A stretch of DNA of 64,000 nt from Octopus bimaculoides (taxonomy: Eukaryota), in assembly GCF_001194135.2 (NCBI RefSeq), contig NC_068988.1, positions 44,939,605 to 45,003,604 on the forward strand, in the 5' to 3' direction. Position 1 is the stretch's first letter, and every line of letters starts with the position of its first letter. The position numbers were made by a program, and so were the translations under genes. A model generated the notes under the pieces. That model searched no databases. It was not told the DNA's origin and was given only the letters and a program-made list of their open reading frames with translations. Below are positions 52,250-64,000 of this stretch, piece by piece.

Positions 52250-52645
52250 AAGTGAAATCATAGTCGTGGCTGATACCAGTGCCATCTGATTGGCACCCAT
52301 GCCAGTGGCATGTAAAAAGCACAGTATTGGGCCTCATGGAGACTGTAACAGGTGTCCAAGACCTTTGGTGATATACCATGCTTGTGTAGACATATCAAAC
52401 CAAGTGAGATCATAGTAATGACCGATGCTGGTGTCACATTAATGGCACCCATACCAGTGGCACGTAAAAAGCACCTTCTACACTCTTGGAGTAGTTGGTA
52501 TTAGGAAGGGCATCCAGCTGTAGAAACAATGCCAAATCAGATTGGAATCTGATGCAGCTCCCTGGATTACCAGTTTTCAGTCGAATCGTCCAACCCATGC
52601 TAGCATGGAAAGCAGACGTTAAATGATGATGATGATGATGATGAA
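52250..52645 (+). mobile_element. SINE-like family C
   Basis: GTGGCACGTAAAAAGCACC...GGAAGGGCATCCAGCTGTAGAAAC...GCATGGAAAGCAGACGTTAAA(TGA)n. Confidence 0.85.
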
Positions 52646-53234
52646 TTGCTTATGTATCTTTGATTTTGTCTCTGCTCCCCTTGATAATCAAATGTAGCTC
52701 TTGTTGTTTTTGTTGTTGTTTCACTCTAAATTAAATTTGATCTCGCAAATCAGCAATCAGTGTCATTCCAGTTGTAATCATCTGATCTTCCTCATAGACA
52801 CAATGCTTTTTGAACCACATTATTAAATGCACAACTTTGTTATCAAGATGTGAGAGCATAATTTGAGGAACATTTCACTGCTATTTTTAGTATCTGCAAC
52901 AACCAAACAGAAGCTTCCTTCATAATTGTCTGATTTTGAATGCCAACTCTCTTAAACCTTTTAATAATCTGATCATTTTGAACTTAAAACTTTGTGAGTT
53001 AACTTATAAAATATAACATGAAACCTCTTTTCCCTTACACATTTTCCTAATAAATAATCTAAATTTCTGACAAAGCCTTTTGCTCCTAAATTTGCTCTTC
53101 TTCCAGGTAATTTTGAAAATAATGAATGATTTAATATAACTTTGTAATCATTATTAAGGTGATGTATGTAACATAAATTTACAAGAAATTTTGATGGATG
53201 GTGTTAACAACCTAAAATGCCATTATTACCATCA

Positions 53235-53730
53235 TCTGGTATGTCACTCCACCAAGCGGAACACTAGTTTTAGTACAATGATATGGTTTAACACCACCTC
53301 TAGGTGTAGCACTATCACATAATGTACCGCTACTATTTCATGTAACATCACCACCTTGCAACACTACTATTTGGCTTAACATCACCACTTGATGTAACAC
53401 TAGTATCTGATTCAACACCACCAACAGGTGTAACACCACTATGTAGAGAACACTATCACCTGTTGCAACACCCCCAGCCTGGTGAATCCTACCTGTTTTC
53501 TCCTTACTATATGGTTTAAAACCACCTTCACATGTTCTAGTGTTCCACTAATATGTGATGTAAAAGCCACCTGATGTAATACTATCCTCATGTAACACCA
53601 CCACTTAGAGTAACACTGATGCCTGGTGTATAACTATGGTCTGGTGTGACACCACCATGTGGTAGACTACTACAGCAATCTGAATTGTTCCTAATATCTG
53701 ATGTAACACCAACATTTGGTGTACCATAAC
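53235..53730. repeat. Degenerate minisatellite built on a TGATGTAACAC(C/T)ACC motif
   Basis: Recurrent GTAACACC / GTAACACT / AACACCACC words across about 500 bp; period not determined. Confidence 0.6.
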
Positions 53731-53905
53731 CAGGGATGGGGCTCTTGGGTTGCTGGTGCCCTGGGCAAGCTGAACTTCAGCACCCATACAAGTATATTTT
53801 TCAAAACTTTCACAAGGAGAAAAGCTGAAAATGTAGATGTAGACTAAAAAGCACATGGTGCCCTGGGGCGATTTCGTGAGTTGCTAGAACCTTGAGCTAG
53901 CCCTG
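53731..53905. mobile_element. hAT-superfamily MITE (175 bp) with a perfect 8-bp TSD
   Basis: ACCATAAC|CAGGG...CCCTG|ACCATAAC (TSDs at 53723-53730 and 53906-53913); internal GGTGCCCTGGG occurs twice. Confidence 0.8.
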
Positions 53906-54284
53906 ACCATAACTAGTGACTTAACACAACAACATAACCTTAGATGTTTTTATAGAAGAGTATATTTTGTTGTTCCCATTCACAGGAGACCTTCTTCCCC
54001 TTTAACCCAAACGCATTTGCTTTCATATATTGCAACTGGGTACCAGCCATTTGTATCCCTTCATTCTGATATAGCCTAGAAAGATCATGGACACTGATTC
54101 CCTTTCTTTAGATATTCAACCATCTTCAACATAAGGTTACATAAATCTCCGCACTCTTTAATGAAAGACTAATTTACCTTCTTTGATTCTTTGAGATTCT
54201 CTTCATTCTTCTTGATAACTGTGCATAACCGTTTTTTTCTTTCTTGCACCTGTTAAGTTTCACAATTCTGATAACTCTCCTTTA

Positions 54285-54510
54285 ATATTGGTTTCAAATT
54301 TTGGCAAAAGGCCAACAACTTCAGGTGAGAGGGTAAGTTGATTACATCAACTCCCAGAGCTCAACTGATGCTTATTTTCTCAACCCTGAAAAAAAATGTA
54401 AGATAAAATCAACCTCAGTGAGATTTGAACTCAGAACGTAAAGACAGATGAAATGCCACTAAGCATTTTGCCCTGTGTGCTAACGATTCTGCCAGCTGGC
54501 TGACCTACTC
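54285..54510 (-). mobile_element. SINE family B
   Basis: Reverse-complement match (AGATTTGAACTCAGAACGTAAAG...GCTAACGATTCTGCCAGCT). Confidence 0.8.
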
Positions 54511-56208
54511 ACCTTTAATATTGGTTGTATATATTCTGCAATGCTAGCCCACTTTGTCCTCTTTAATATTTAGGCAAACCTAGTTATTAAAGTAAATCTA
54601 ATGTATCTATTTATGTGCCCTGTCCTTCCACTCCACTGCAACATCTCATTACCACCATAATTAACTTCACCTAGTTAAAGAATTGATGAAAGAAATTATC
54701 ACTGGTTGCTCAATCTGGTAGAAATAGCAACCAAACTTCTCTCACTATTTCAACAAATCATGGCACCTCGGATGATAAGGTTTTTGGTGCACTGTGATTG
54801 GGAATAGGATGAGATGGTCACAGGTGGAATGACCTTCCTTGCTGGTCCGCTAAATCAGAGATGATTGAGGATTAGACAAGAATAATAGTATTTTACCTGA
54901 TTGGTTTAACTCAGTTGTATTGAAAGAAGGCTGTGCTTGTCCCTTATTTCTTCAGATAGTATATTATATCCATGAACATATTATTTAAATTACATGTTAA
55001 TCAATCTATAATGATCCTTTAGTTGTATGACAGAGGAGAAAATCATGAGAATTGTCCTTTAATCCTATGTCCATTAATCTTATCTCATGTTTAATCATAT
55101 CCTATGGAAGAAAAAAACAATAGAGTTAATGTATTTGACTGAATAACATAAAGATATTGCTGCCTTTAAGAGTTGAAACCATAACATATCAACAATACAG
55201 CCATCATCTTCACCACTTTGCATTCTATCTCAGGAAACTTTGAGAGGGAAATATGAAAACACAAATCAAAAACAAAAACAAAATCTAAAACTAAAACAAA
55301 CATGGTAAACAAAGTATAACAAATATGAAAGATATTGTGCATGACTTTATTATCAGCAATATTTAGTGCAAGTGATTTCGTATTCAGACAAATGACAGAA
55401 CATTTTCTTACTAGTAATCAGAATAACATCCATGAAACCTATAAAATATACATATTATTTTGGTTAATATCATCTGGATAGCATGGCCATTACGGTACAT
55501 GACAAGTTTGTGCAGTTATATTAGAAAAATTGCAATTTGAAAAGCAAACAAACATATAAAGATATACACCAAAATGTCAAATACATACACGTGTGTGTGT
55601 GCACGCGTGTGTATACACATACATTGACATATATGTATATATAACGACTTGAACGTATATCGAAGGGGAAAAAATTTCTCTGAAATCTAAAGTCAGTGTA
55701 ATTCAGAGACACTATCATCCAATTTTCATCTTCTATTTAACACAACATGGCATGAAATATCACAAATATTTCAGCTTCTGTAGCAGTAACTCTTTAAAAA
55801 ATGCTGACAATCCTAATTCCACATGCTTATTTTTGTTAAGAATTTACAAGCTAACACTAACAAGTGTTCTGTATATTTAAGCCGAAAAAGATTTAGCATT
55901 TGGCATCTCGACAAAGAGCTTCGTATTAACTGAATATCGGTCAATTTCAGCAGATATTTCTTATCAGTTGTTACAATGTCGCAGGAAATATCTGAAGATT
56001 TTGTTTTATGGCAGTGATAATAGTCATTGCAAATGTTTCCATGTTAAAGTGGCTGTCTAGCTTTCTATGCAAATAGACACAAGATTGGAAATCATTTGTG
56101 AGATGATTTCACCAAATAGCTTCCTTTCAGACATTTGTTTTCCAATTCTAAATTATATTTGTGCTTGTGTGCATGCATAAGAGTGTATGTGTTTGTTTGT
56201 TTTTATGA

Positions 56209-56294
<86 letters not shown>

Positions 56295-56591
56295 CACATA
56301 CACGCATATTTATATTATACAAATGAATATGTTATATGTACAATGTGTATGTATATATTTACATATGTACATATGAATGTATATAACTATATATGTGTAT
56401 GAATGTATTTATATATGTGCATATATATGTGTATAAGTATAGAGGTATATAAATGTATACCTCTATAGATGCGACTGTAATCATTATATTAAAGTAAAAT
56501 TGTAAATCTTTACACACCTTTACATACCTTTACACACACACACATATATACACTTCATGATGTATACATATATATGTATGTATGCATGCAC

Positions 56592-56634
<43 letters not shown>

Positions 56635-57059
56635 CACATATTTATATACACACACACACATGTATGTATATATGTATATAAATTCCTGCAGAGAATTGCG
56701 CATTCTGATATACTTGCACAGGAATATGCAGACACACACACACAAAGATAGACACACACAAGGCAGAGTGGATTGGTAGAGAAAAAAGAAGAAAAAAAAA
56801 GAAACAACGGAAAGTGAAGAACAGATAAAGAAACAGCAAAAAGGAGATAAAAATACACAGGAAAATGATAGAGGAAGTCATAGCCAGATGAAAATAATAA
56901 AACACAGAGAAGCAACAGCTTATTGTACTAGATTTACAGTTGATGCAATAAATGGCTAGCGATGCTTTTGAAACCCATCATTGCAGCATGTTACATCAAA
57001 CAGCGCATTATGACAAGCATCTCTGGAGGAGGTGTATGTACATATACATCATATTTATA

Positions 57060-57099
<40 letters not shown>

Positions 57100-57136
57100 T
57101 ATGTATGTAAGTACATATGAATATATCAATATAAAC

Positions 57137-57189
<53 letters not shown>

Positions 57190-57321
57190 TGTGCATGTAT
57201 ATGGACTTGTATTCACATTTACTTTGTGTATGCATTTATACATATACATAGATTTGCGTTATATGCATATGAATGTAGGCCTTGCTCTTTCTCTGTCTTT
57301 CTGTCCATACACACACACACA

Positions 57322-57394
<73 letters not shown>

Positions 57395-58329
57395 ATACGT
57401 ATATATGTATTTATATTTATACATATATACATACATATATATAAATATATATATATTATATATATATATATGCGTAGGTAGGTGGGTATGTATGAGTGTG
57501 TGCATGCTCATGTGTGTATGTGTGTGAGTTTGTGTGCTTATTAATGTGCACGTAAGCATGAGCTTACCTGCTTTGCTTTGAAACACTGCATTTATTTCAA
57601 TACATAATCGAACTAGTATTTAAACTAAAGGCACTGTTTTGAGTTCAATTCCTTCGAGAGTTAACAATGCATTTTATCTTTCTGGCTTCAGCAAAACATG
57701 TACCAATAATACAAATACACTTGATTCTCAAAATTGTTTATAAGCCCTTCGTTACAAAACATCGTTTTAGCCTTAATTTAATCCATTAAAATCCAACAAT
57801 TTAACGTTGATTACATCATTCATTTCTGTCATACTTTTATTCCAAGTTGGCTCTTGTACAGTATGTCATTTCTTTTACATTTTGATTATTAGAACAAAAG
57901 ATTTAGCTGCTATGTTTAGACAATCAAATGATCACTTAGAGCAGTGGTTTTCAACAAGGGTCCATATTTTCCCTGATGGTCCACATAAGATGTTTTGGGG
58001 ATGTCCATGAAGCAAAATAGAAAATTGGGGATTCTCAGTAGTTCTATAAGTGTCTATGAATAAACTTTTTGCTTTCAATGTATTCATTGCAAGAAACAAC
58101 CAGGAATCATTCTCATAGTTCAATGTGTTTCCAGCCACTGAATCAGGTTCGCTCGAAGAGTGCTATTGCAAACCTACCCAAGTGAATGCATGAAAAACAA
58201 AATAGGAAATTTGAAAGAAGCATCTATCCAAACTAAATTTTAAACATCGAATGGTTATGGAAGTCAAGAGAATAAAGCAATATTCAAAGGGGTTCATTGG
58301 TAAAAAAACAGTCAAGAACCACTAACCTA

Positions 58330-58388
58330 GACAGTCTCTCTCTCTCTCACACACACACAAAGTCTCTCTCTCACACACACACACACAG

Positions 58389-58421
<33 letters not shown>

Positions 58422-58442
58422 GAGTCTCTCTCTCTCTCTCTC

Positions 58443-58473
<31 letters not shown>

Positions 58474-58690
58474 GAGTCTNNNNNNNNNNNNNNNNNNNNN
58501 NNNNNNNNNNNNNNNNNNNNNNNNNNNNNNNNNNNNNNNNNNNNNNNNNNNNNNTCACACACACACACACACACACACACAGAGTCTCTCTCTCTCTTTG
58601 ACACACACACACACAGAGTCTCTCTCTCTCTCCCTCTCTCACACACACAAAGTCTCTCTCTCTCTCTCTCGCACACACACACACACACAA
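58330..58690. repeat. Tandem compound repeat [AG(AG)(TC)n(AC)n] spanning a small gap
   Basis: Repeated AGTCTCTC...CACACAC blocks. Confidence 0.85.
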
Positions 58691-58785
58691 ATGTGTGTGT
58701 ATATATATAACCGCAGAAATGTAACCGCACGTAGATTGTTGGCAATTTTTCCTTATTCTCCCTTCTTTCTTTCTGGACTTACCTC

Positions 58786-58817
58786 TTTCCGACGAAGAGC
58801 TTTGCTCGAAACGTTAA
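58786..58817 (+). ncRNA. Minimal type I hammerhead-like motif (core variant CCGACGA)
   Basis: TTT-CCGACGA-A-GAGC-ttt-GCTC-GAAA-CG-TT-AA. The GAGC/GCTC stem II and ACGT palindrome match the 10302 motif; stem I is weak. Confidence 0.45.
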
Positions 58818-59048
58818 CAACTGTCTCCTTTCACCGAATGTCAAATTAATATATTATTTGTGCACGTCCTCACGTTAATTGTTTTCCGTTTTTCTTCTGC
58901 TTTTTTTTAATTGCTTCTTCTTTGAATTAACTATATATATATACCGGAGTAAGCACATAAAATGTGAAACAATGTGGAAAAAAGAGTACTCAAATACCAG
59001 AGGTAGAATAATATGCTTTATTTAAAAGCAGCAGAAATATAACAAAAG

Positions 59049-59088
59049 ACTGTTACTCGGAGTTTCACGTTCCCGTTCATCGGACAGT
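59049..59088 (-). ncRNA. Minimal type I hammerhead ribozyme-like motif (core CCGATGA...GAAA...GTA)
   Basis: Minus strand ACTGT-CCGATGA-ACG-ggaa-CGT-GAAA-CTC-c-GAG-TA-ACAGT: 5-bp stem I, 3-bp stem II with a 4-nt loop, near-palindromic stem III, GUA triplet. Only U4 is changed (to C). Confidence 0.65.
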
Positions 59089-59108
59089 TTTGTTAGAAAA
59101 AAACATTT

Positions 59109-59217
59109 AGTTTATAAATCTCTTGTAGAAATACCAAGTGAAGGACCTACATAGGTAGCACCATAGATTTTAAACAGCGATATAGGGCTCACTTGAATTC
59201 TTTCAATAAGATAAATA
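59109..59217 (+). mobile_element. Partial duplicate of the Penelope GIY-YIG segment at 59872-59991
   Basis: Near-identical sequence with a 10-nt deletion (CACCAAGCAA) and a few transitions. Confidence 0.9.
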
Positions 59218-59809
59218 AAAAAACAGTAATAATATTTGTCTCTTATTAAGAAACAAAAAGGCTTTTTATAGGACTGCAAAAGAAGTGCTCAAATATAAAT
59301 GAGACAAGGATAAAAAAGCATTAGTGACAGAATAAAAACATTATGTTCGGGTCAACGACTCAATATACCACAACACCTGTCAAGCAATCAATCATATATA
59401 AAAAATACACCATGGTCCACAGACACATAAGAAAAATATATAATATAAATAATACGTATTCATAAAACACACAATGTAAAAAATACATATATTGTAATAA
59501 AATACAAATATATCTAATCCGAGTTAAAAATATAACGTAAAATATATACATGTTTATGATAGAATACAAAAGGTATAATCAGAGTTAAAATAAAGCGACT
59601 AAAAATTCAAAATACCAATCCTACTAGACAAACATAAATAATATGAAGATAAAATAAAATAATTGTCCACCGACTAAAAATTTTATCTGACGATTAAAAT
59701 ACTTTTAAATCACTTTAAATCATTTAAAAAGTATTTAAAAAAATATATATATTTGAAATGGTCTTTTACTTCCCTCAACAGGTATATATAACACACACAA
59801 TAAAGAAAA

Positions 59810-60125
59810 CCTGTAATTGTCGCTTACATAATGCATGCCCACTTAGGGGAATCTGTTTGCGTAAAAAATGTAGTTTATAAATCTCTTGTAGAAACACCAA
59901 GTGAACACCAAGCAAGGACCTACGTAGGTAGCACCATAGATTTTAAACAGCGATATAGGGCTCACTCGAATTCTTTCAATAAGATAAAATACAAATTCTC
60001 GACATTATTAACCACACACAAACATGATCTTAAATCACAAAACATAAAATATACACTGGCTTGGTCCATTATAAAAGAAGCTCCTCCTTATAATACAAAG
60101 ATAGGAAAATGCAGTAGCCTGATTT
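59810..60125 (+). mobile_element. Penelope-like element GIY-YIG endonuclease remnant
   Basis: TCNCRLHNACPLRGICL(fs)KNVVYK...RTYVGSTIDFKQRYRAHSNSF...ST...LAWSIIKEAPPYN...KC has the CNC..CPLxGxCL / VVY / YVG / FKxRYxxH layout of PLE endonucleases. Confidence 0.88.
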
Positions 60126-60333
60126 TAGCATGTACTGTATCTCCTCCACCAACCACTCAAAAACAATTACACTCGGTATTTTGCATATAGCTCTATAAAA
60201 ACACTCAGTAATTAATTCCCTTGAAAATGCAGTACTTGCAGTACTTCTTTAGAAACTTATTTTCCCTTTTGAAGGAGGTGGTGTCTTGTAATGGATGTAA
60301 ATATCTTTTATACGACAGGACAACCGAACCCCC

Positions 60334-60348
60334 GAAACAGCTGTAGGA
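60334..60348 (+). ncRNA. 3' half of a hammerhead-like motif (GAAAC-AGCT-GTA-GGA) downstream of the GIY-YIG remnant
   Basis: Palindromic ACAGCTGT and a GTA triplet; the upstream core is decayed (TATACGA). Confidence 0.35.
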
Positions 60349-60709
60349 TTATTAATAAGATTGTTAATACCCACACATTTTTAAAGACTCTTAACCCTTT
60401 TTATGGCTTCGTTTTATAATCTGTAAGTCGACTTATATATGTATCTATTTTTTCAATATATTTTTAATGTAGTTATCAATATATTTATATATTTTTGTAT
60501 GTATATTTTTAATGTATTGATTACTGTATATATATTTATATATCTTTAATATGTTTGATGCATCGAATATACTTTCGGATAAATTTATATATGCTGAGTA
60601 TGTATATGCCTAACTTTTATTCTTACTTATTATTCTAACGCTTGAGTTTTAAAATCCTAAGAACTTCAAAGTGATGAAGTCTATGCACCGGAGGAAATAA
60701 TTCCTTATA

Positions 60710-60749
<40 letters not shown>

Positions 60750-60820
60750 NNNNNNNNNNNNNNNNNNNNNNNNNNNNNNNNNNNNNNNNNNNNNNNNNNN
60801 NNNNNNNNNNNNNNNNNNNA

Positions 60821-62067
60821 ACAAAATCTCCACAAAATGATAGTAACAGCTATATGCGCGTGATGTGTATAAATGTGAGGTTTTGAGCAAGTGTATACAA
60901 ATCGCGGCCATTTGCATGATTTTCCCGAACTTTCAGTTTTCCAAGTTATTAACGAGTGATCTGATAATAGTGTAATTATGTGTCGTAAATGTGACTTAAC
61001 TGCTTCAGAGAAATCTCGTATTACTTCTGAACTTTCAAAAGCTAAATCAACGTTAGAAATCTCTAAAATAGTTGAAAGATATCACGAAACTGAAAACAAA
61101 ATGTTACAGTTCTTATGAAGATACGTAAGAGAACCCACAAGTATCAGTCGAAGGTTGTTTCTCAACGTTCTCTGTCAGGAATTAAGCGTGTAGCTGTAAA
61201 GAACCCAGGTCTTAGTAGGGGAGAACTTTTCAAGCGTATTGGCAAAACAATTGCGTCAAGAACTATCTAATGTCATCTTCTGTAAAAGGTCGGTAACCAG
61301 TGACATCAATTAAAAGGCCTCCTCTAAACAAAATGGACAGAAGATAACATGAAGGCTGACTTTTCAAAAGTTTTGTTTACGGATGAAACTAGTGCTACCC
61401 GTGATGCACTGACGGTTGGGGCAAGGGTGGATTGTAAATGGATGAGATCATCAGCAGAACTTGAGACGCTAAAAAAGGAGAGGAAGCCTCATGATTTGGG
61501 CAGGTGTTATCAGAGGTTTTATGGCAGTTCCTGAGAAAGCGCCTGCAGATGCTTAAATAGCCTTCTCGAGGGAGTACCATGAACCTTGATTAAAAAAAAA
61601 CCTTCAAGATAACCATAATATTCATGCAAGATAATGCACCCTCGCATTCAGCGAAGAAAACTACAGAGTTTCTGTAACAATTAGGCTTCTATGGATCTTG
61701 GAAGATGAAGTGGCTTGCTTTTTGCCTCCAACTTAAACCCAATAAAAAACTTGTGGAGTATTCTAAAGTGATAAGTTTACGAGAATGGATGCCAATTTAG
61801 GAGCTAGGATGAATTGTGGCAGGTGATAGTGGATGTATCTCATGGCATAACATCAGAGTAGAGTCAGAAATTAGCATGTTCCCCAGACCAGCGTCTTCTC
61901 CGACTCATTTTAAACAAAGGCTCATATATCTCTTACTATCTAGATCACCTAGTATTATGGTTTTTACACACAACAGCTATCATTCAGTGTATATTTCGTT
62001 GAATTCCAAGTAGTTTTTAAATAAAATAAAGCAAAATGCTAAGTTGTTAATAGTTTGAAACGCAATG
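60821..62067 (+). mobile_element. Second, unrelated Tc1-like transposon, decayed; left end probably hidden in the gap
   Basis: ATG at 60978: MCRKCDLTASEKSRITSELSKAKSTLEISK; DFSKVLFTDET; GGSLMIWAGVI; FMQDNAPSHSAKKT; LNPIKNLWSILK. Ends ...GAAACGCAATG|TA. Confidence 0.88.
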
Positions 62068-62129
62068 TATATATATTTATATGTATCTCTTTCTCTCTGT
62101 CTCTCTCTCTGTTTCTCTCTCTCTGTCTC

Positions 62130-62186
<57 letters not shown>

Positions 62187-62455
62187 TCAGTAGGGTATAT
62201 AATACCACTTGCTAAAATCTGAGTTAAGGTAAGCCTATTCCTCATATGTTCATTGCATTGCTCGTGTGTATCTTTATTGTGAGTTTTTAGTGGTTTTGGA
62301 GCATTGGCTCTGATTTTAGCAAGTGGTATTATATACACTACTGAATCTAAATTTAGCGTATATTGTGTCTGTAAAGGTGTTAGCTTGCTCGCCATATTAT
62401 AACCTTATTAATATAATTAATAACGGTAATAGTACATCTTTATATACATACATAC

Positions 62456-62491
<36 letters not shown>

Positions 62492-62521
62492 CTAAATATA
62501 AATAAATAAATGTATATATAT

Positions 62522-63045
<524 letters not shown>

Positions 63046-63311
63046 TTGAAAGTCTACGAGAGCAGTTTTGAAATGTAAAGATGATTTTTTAAAAATCATT
63101 AGAAAATTCATTCACAAGACATAATTTCAGCTCCGTGCTAGAAGACAACATCTAGAGTGACACTCAGTCGCAGTGAATTTGAAATCATACATTTGTTAAA
63201 CACAGCCATGCCAGCAATTCAATGACAGTATAAAATATAAGATACCTTTGACTAAGTAGACCTATCACAGCAGCACATTCCAACTGTGACCATTCCGTCT
63301 TTTTATATATA

Positions 63312-63600
63312 CAGGATGTCCCAGAATGAACTATCTATTTCAATAAAATTGGGCAAATTTAAAAATAAAAAAATTACCGAATTTTATGTTTGTTAATTAT
63401 GATACCAAAATAAATAGTTTATAGATCTTACTGTCAACATATGCTCTGTCTGTATATTTGCAAATTTCCAATCTAACCTTAACGTTGCGAAAAAAACATG
63501 TTGAAACATTTCAGAAGTTTATCTTCTGCGCTGTTGACTGAATGCGTTTTTTAAGTTCAGTTAAACTATCACTCCATCCTGGGGATGGAAGTAGATAAAT
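63312..63600 (-). mobile_element. Tc1/mariner-superfamily 3' remnant (transposase C-terminus and TIR)
   Basis: TA|CAGGATGTCCC end; minus frame DSLTELKKRIQSTAQKI...VKVRLEICKYTDRAYVD. Confidence 0.55.
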
Positions 63601-63959
63601 GATTGCAGCCAAATTGAAAAGAAGCTGTCTTGGACAGATAAATGGAATCCAACAGGAATGAAATAAAATTTTAAAGAGATTATAAAAATTATAAAATTAT
63701 AAACAAAATAAAAAATTTAAGCGCTTTTAACACGCATTAAACATGAAAAACATAAATAAAAGTGAGTTTTTTAAAAAAATTGTCCGATTTTGCTGAAATA
63801 GATAGTTAAATCTGAGATACCCTGCATAAGCGATTAGATTCTCTCGTGTAGTCTTAGATGTATGTGCACATACACATACACATATACACAGAATAAAACC
63901 CAGCTGTACATGTATGTGTGTATGTATGTATGTATGCATGTATGAATGTATGTATGTAT

Positions 63960-64000
<41 letters not shown>

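Noticed and set aside
56900-57035. Short ORF MASDAFETHHCSMLHQTAHYDKHLWR with a weak donor
   Set aside because: No supporting exon or homology, and the donor (GTGTAT) lies at the start of a microsatellite.

Overview
Eukaryotic, AT-rich, repeat-dense genomic DNA from a draft assembly, with many N gaps that are mostly flanked by microsatellites. The SINE families and microsatellite load resemble octopus (coleoid cephalopod) DNA; this is an inference from pattern recognition. No complete host gene is recognisable, only a few short candidate exons, and nearly all ORFs in the supplied track are artefacts of microsatellites or gaps. Supported content: three stacked R4/Dong-type (RLE-endonuclease) non-LTR retrotransposon fragments joined at AAT/AAC repeats (11.7-15.0 kb); two near-full-length decayed Tc1-like transposons and two shorter Tc1/mariner remnants; three RTE-clade LINE 3' remnants; an L1/Tx1-like 3' end; two Penelope-like GIY-YIG fragments; a solo LTR; a hAT MITE with an 8-bp TSD; and many copies of four SINE or SINE-like families (labelled A-D here). 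The most interesting signal is a set of minimal type I hammerhead-ribozyme-like motifs (10.3 kb, 58.8 kb, 59.05 kb, plus half-motifs at 3.1 and 60.3 kb). They sit in short non-coding elements that end on (TA)n tracts and cluster around a Penelope GIY-YIG remnant. Boundaries of decayed elements are approximate.
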